Source: the human T2T-CHM13v2.0 reference genome, Homo sapiens
Assembly: GCF_009914755.1 (NCBI RefSeq)
Contig: NC_060934.1
Strand: one strand, 5' to 3'
DNA: 64,000 bases
Positions 63,525 through 64,000 of this stretch are shown here, one piece after another. Numbering within the stretch: the first letter of the stretch is position 1; every line of letters begins with the position of its first letter. A program made the translations under genes and the position numbers. The notes beneath the pieces were generated by a model, which did no database searches, was not told where the DNA came from, and was given only the letters and a program-made list of their open reading frames with translations.

Positions 63525-64000
63525 AGAGGAAGAAAGATAGGGAGGGAGGCAATCCAGGCATGAAGCAGACGCTCCTGGATTGAAGTAGAAATACAAGAGG
63601 CATATTGAGGAAACCATGTTGGAACAGATGGTTTATATAAGGCAGTGCTTTTCAAATTATGTTCTGATGCCACCCCCAGAGGGGCTAGCCAGCAAGGGGT
63701 GAGGAGGCCCGCTAGTGAAGTCTTTAAGTGAGGCAGTGCTGCAGGTATATTAGAAAAACTGATCTGACAGTGGGCACAGAGGAATGTGTTGGGAAGCTAT
63801 TCAGTAAGTCCGATGAGATGGCATGAGCTCAGATGTATTACTGGCCACGAGTTTGAAAATAAAACAAGAGAATGGATGCATGTACTCTCACCAAGGGAGA
63901 ACCACCAGGAGTAGGTTACAGATGGGAAGAATGTTGTACTGGGGGAAGGAGGTATCAAAGCCCCATCAGTGAAAGAAGTGAAGAATCCCACATTGAATGT
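63525..64000 (+). repeat. Local duplication copy B (runs off the window end), in a degenerate L2-like context
   Basis: Matches 51950-52430 block for block, e.g. GAAATACAAGAGGCATATTGAGGAAACCATG and GGCCACGAGTTTGAAAATAAAACAAGAG. Confidence 0.95.

Overview
Human genomic DNA; a textbook AluYa5 at 58744-59059 supports human origin. The one recognisable coding feature is the 32-nt first coding segment of REEP3 (+ strand, ATG 23692, MVSWMISRAV(V), donor GTAAGT at 23724), inside a CpG island at about 23230-24420. From recall of gene order this is the JMJD1C/REEP3 junction at 10q21.3. A minus-strand splice donor (AAG|GTGAGG, exon edge 23884) with no minus-strand ATG for 360 nt upstream fits a non-coding distal first exon of JMJD1C. 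The two genes therefore appear to start inside each other's first intron. I did not find REEP3 exon 2, so everything right of the island is read as REEP3 intron 1 and everything left as intron of the minus-strand transcript. The rest is interspersed repeats: about 35 Alus, a near-full-length ancient L1MC1-like element with nested insertions, an L1PA16-like fragment, L2, MIR and MER DNA transposons. Nearly all ORFs in the supplied track are Alu, L1, microsatellite or GC-rich artefacts. I found no convincing new biological system. The best leads are the face-to-face overlapping first exons, a pristine and possibly polymorphic AluYa5, two local duplications pasted into a broken L1 (49650-53165), a micro-inversion inside the old L1, and several structure-forming motifs. 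Repeat subfamily names are by-eye matches to remembered consensus sequences, and old-repeat boundaries are approximate.
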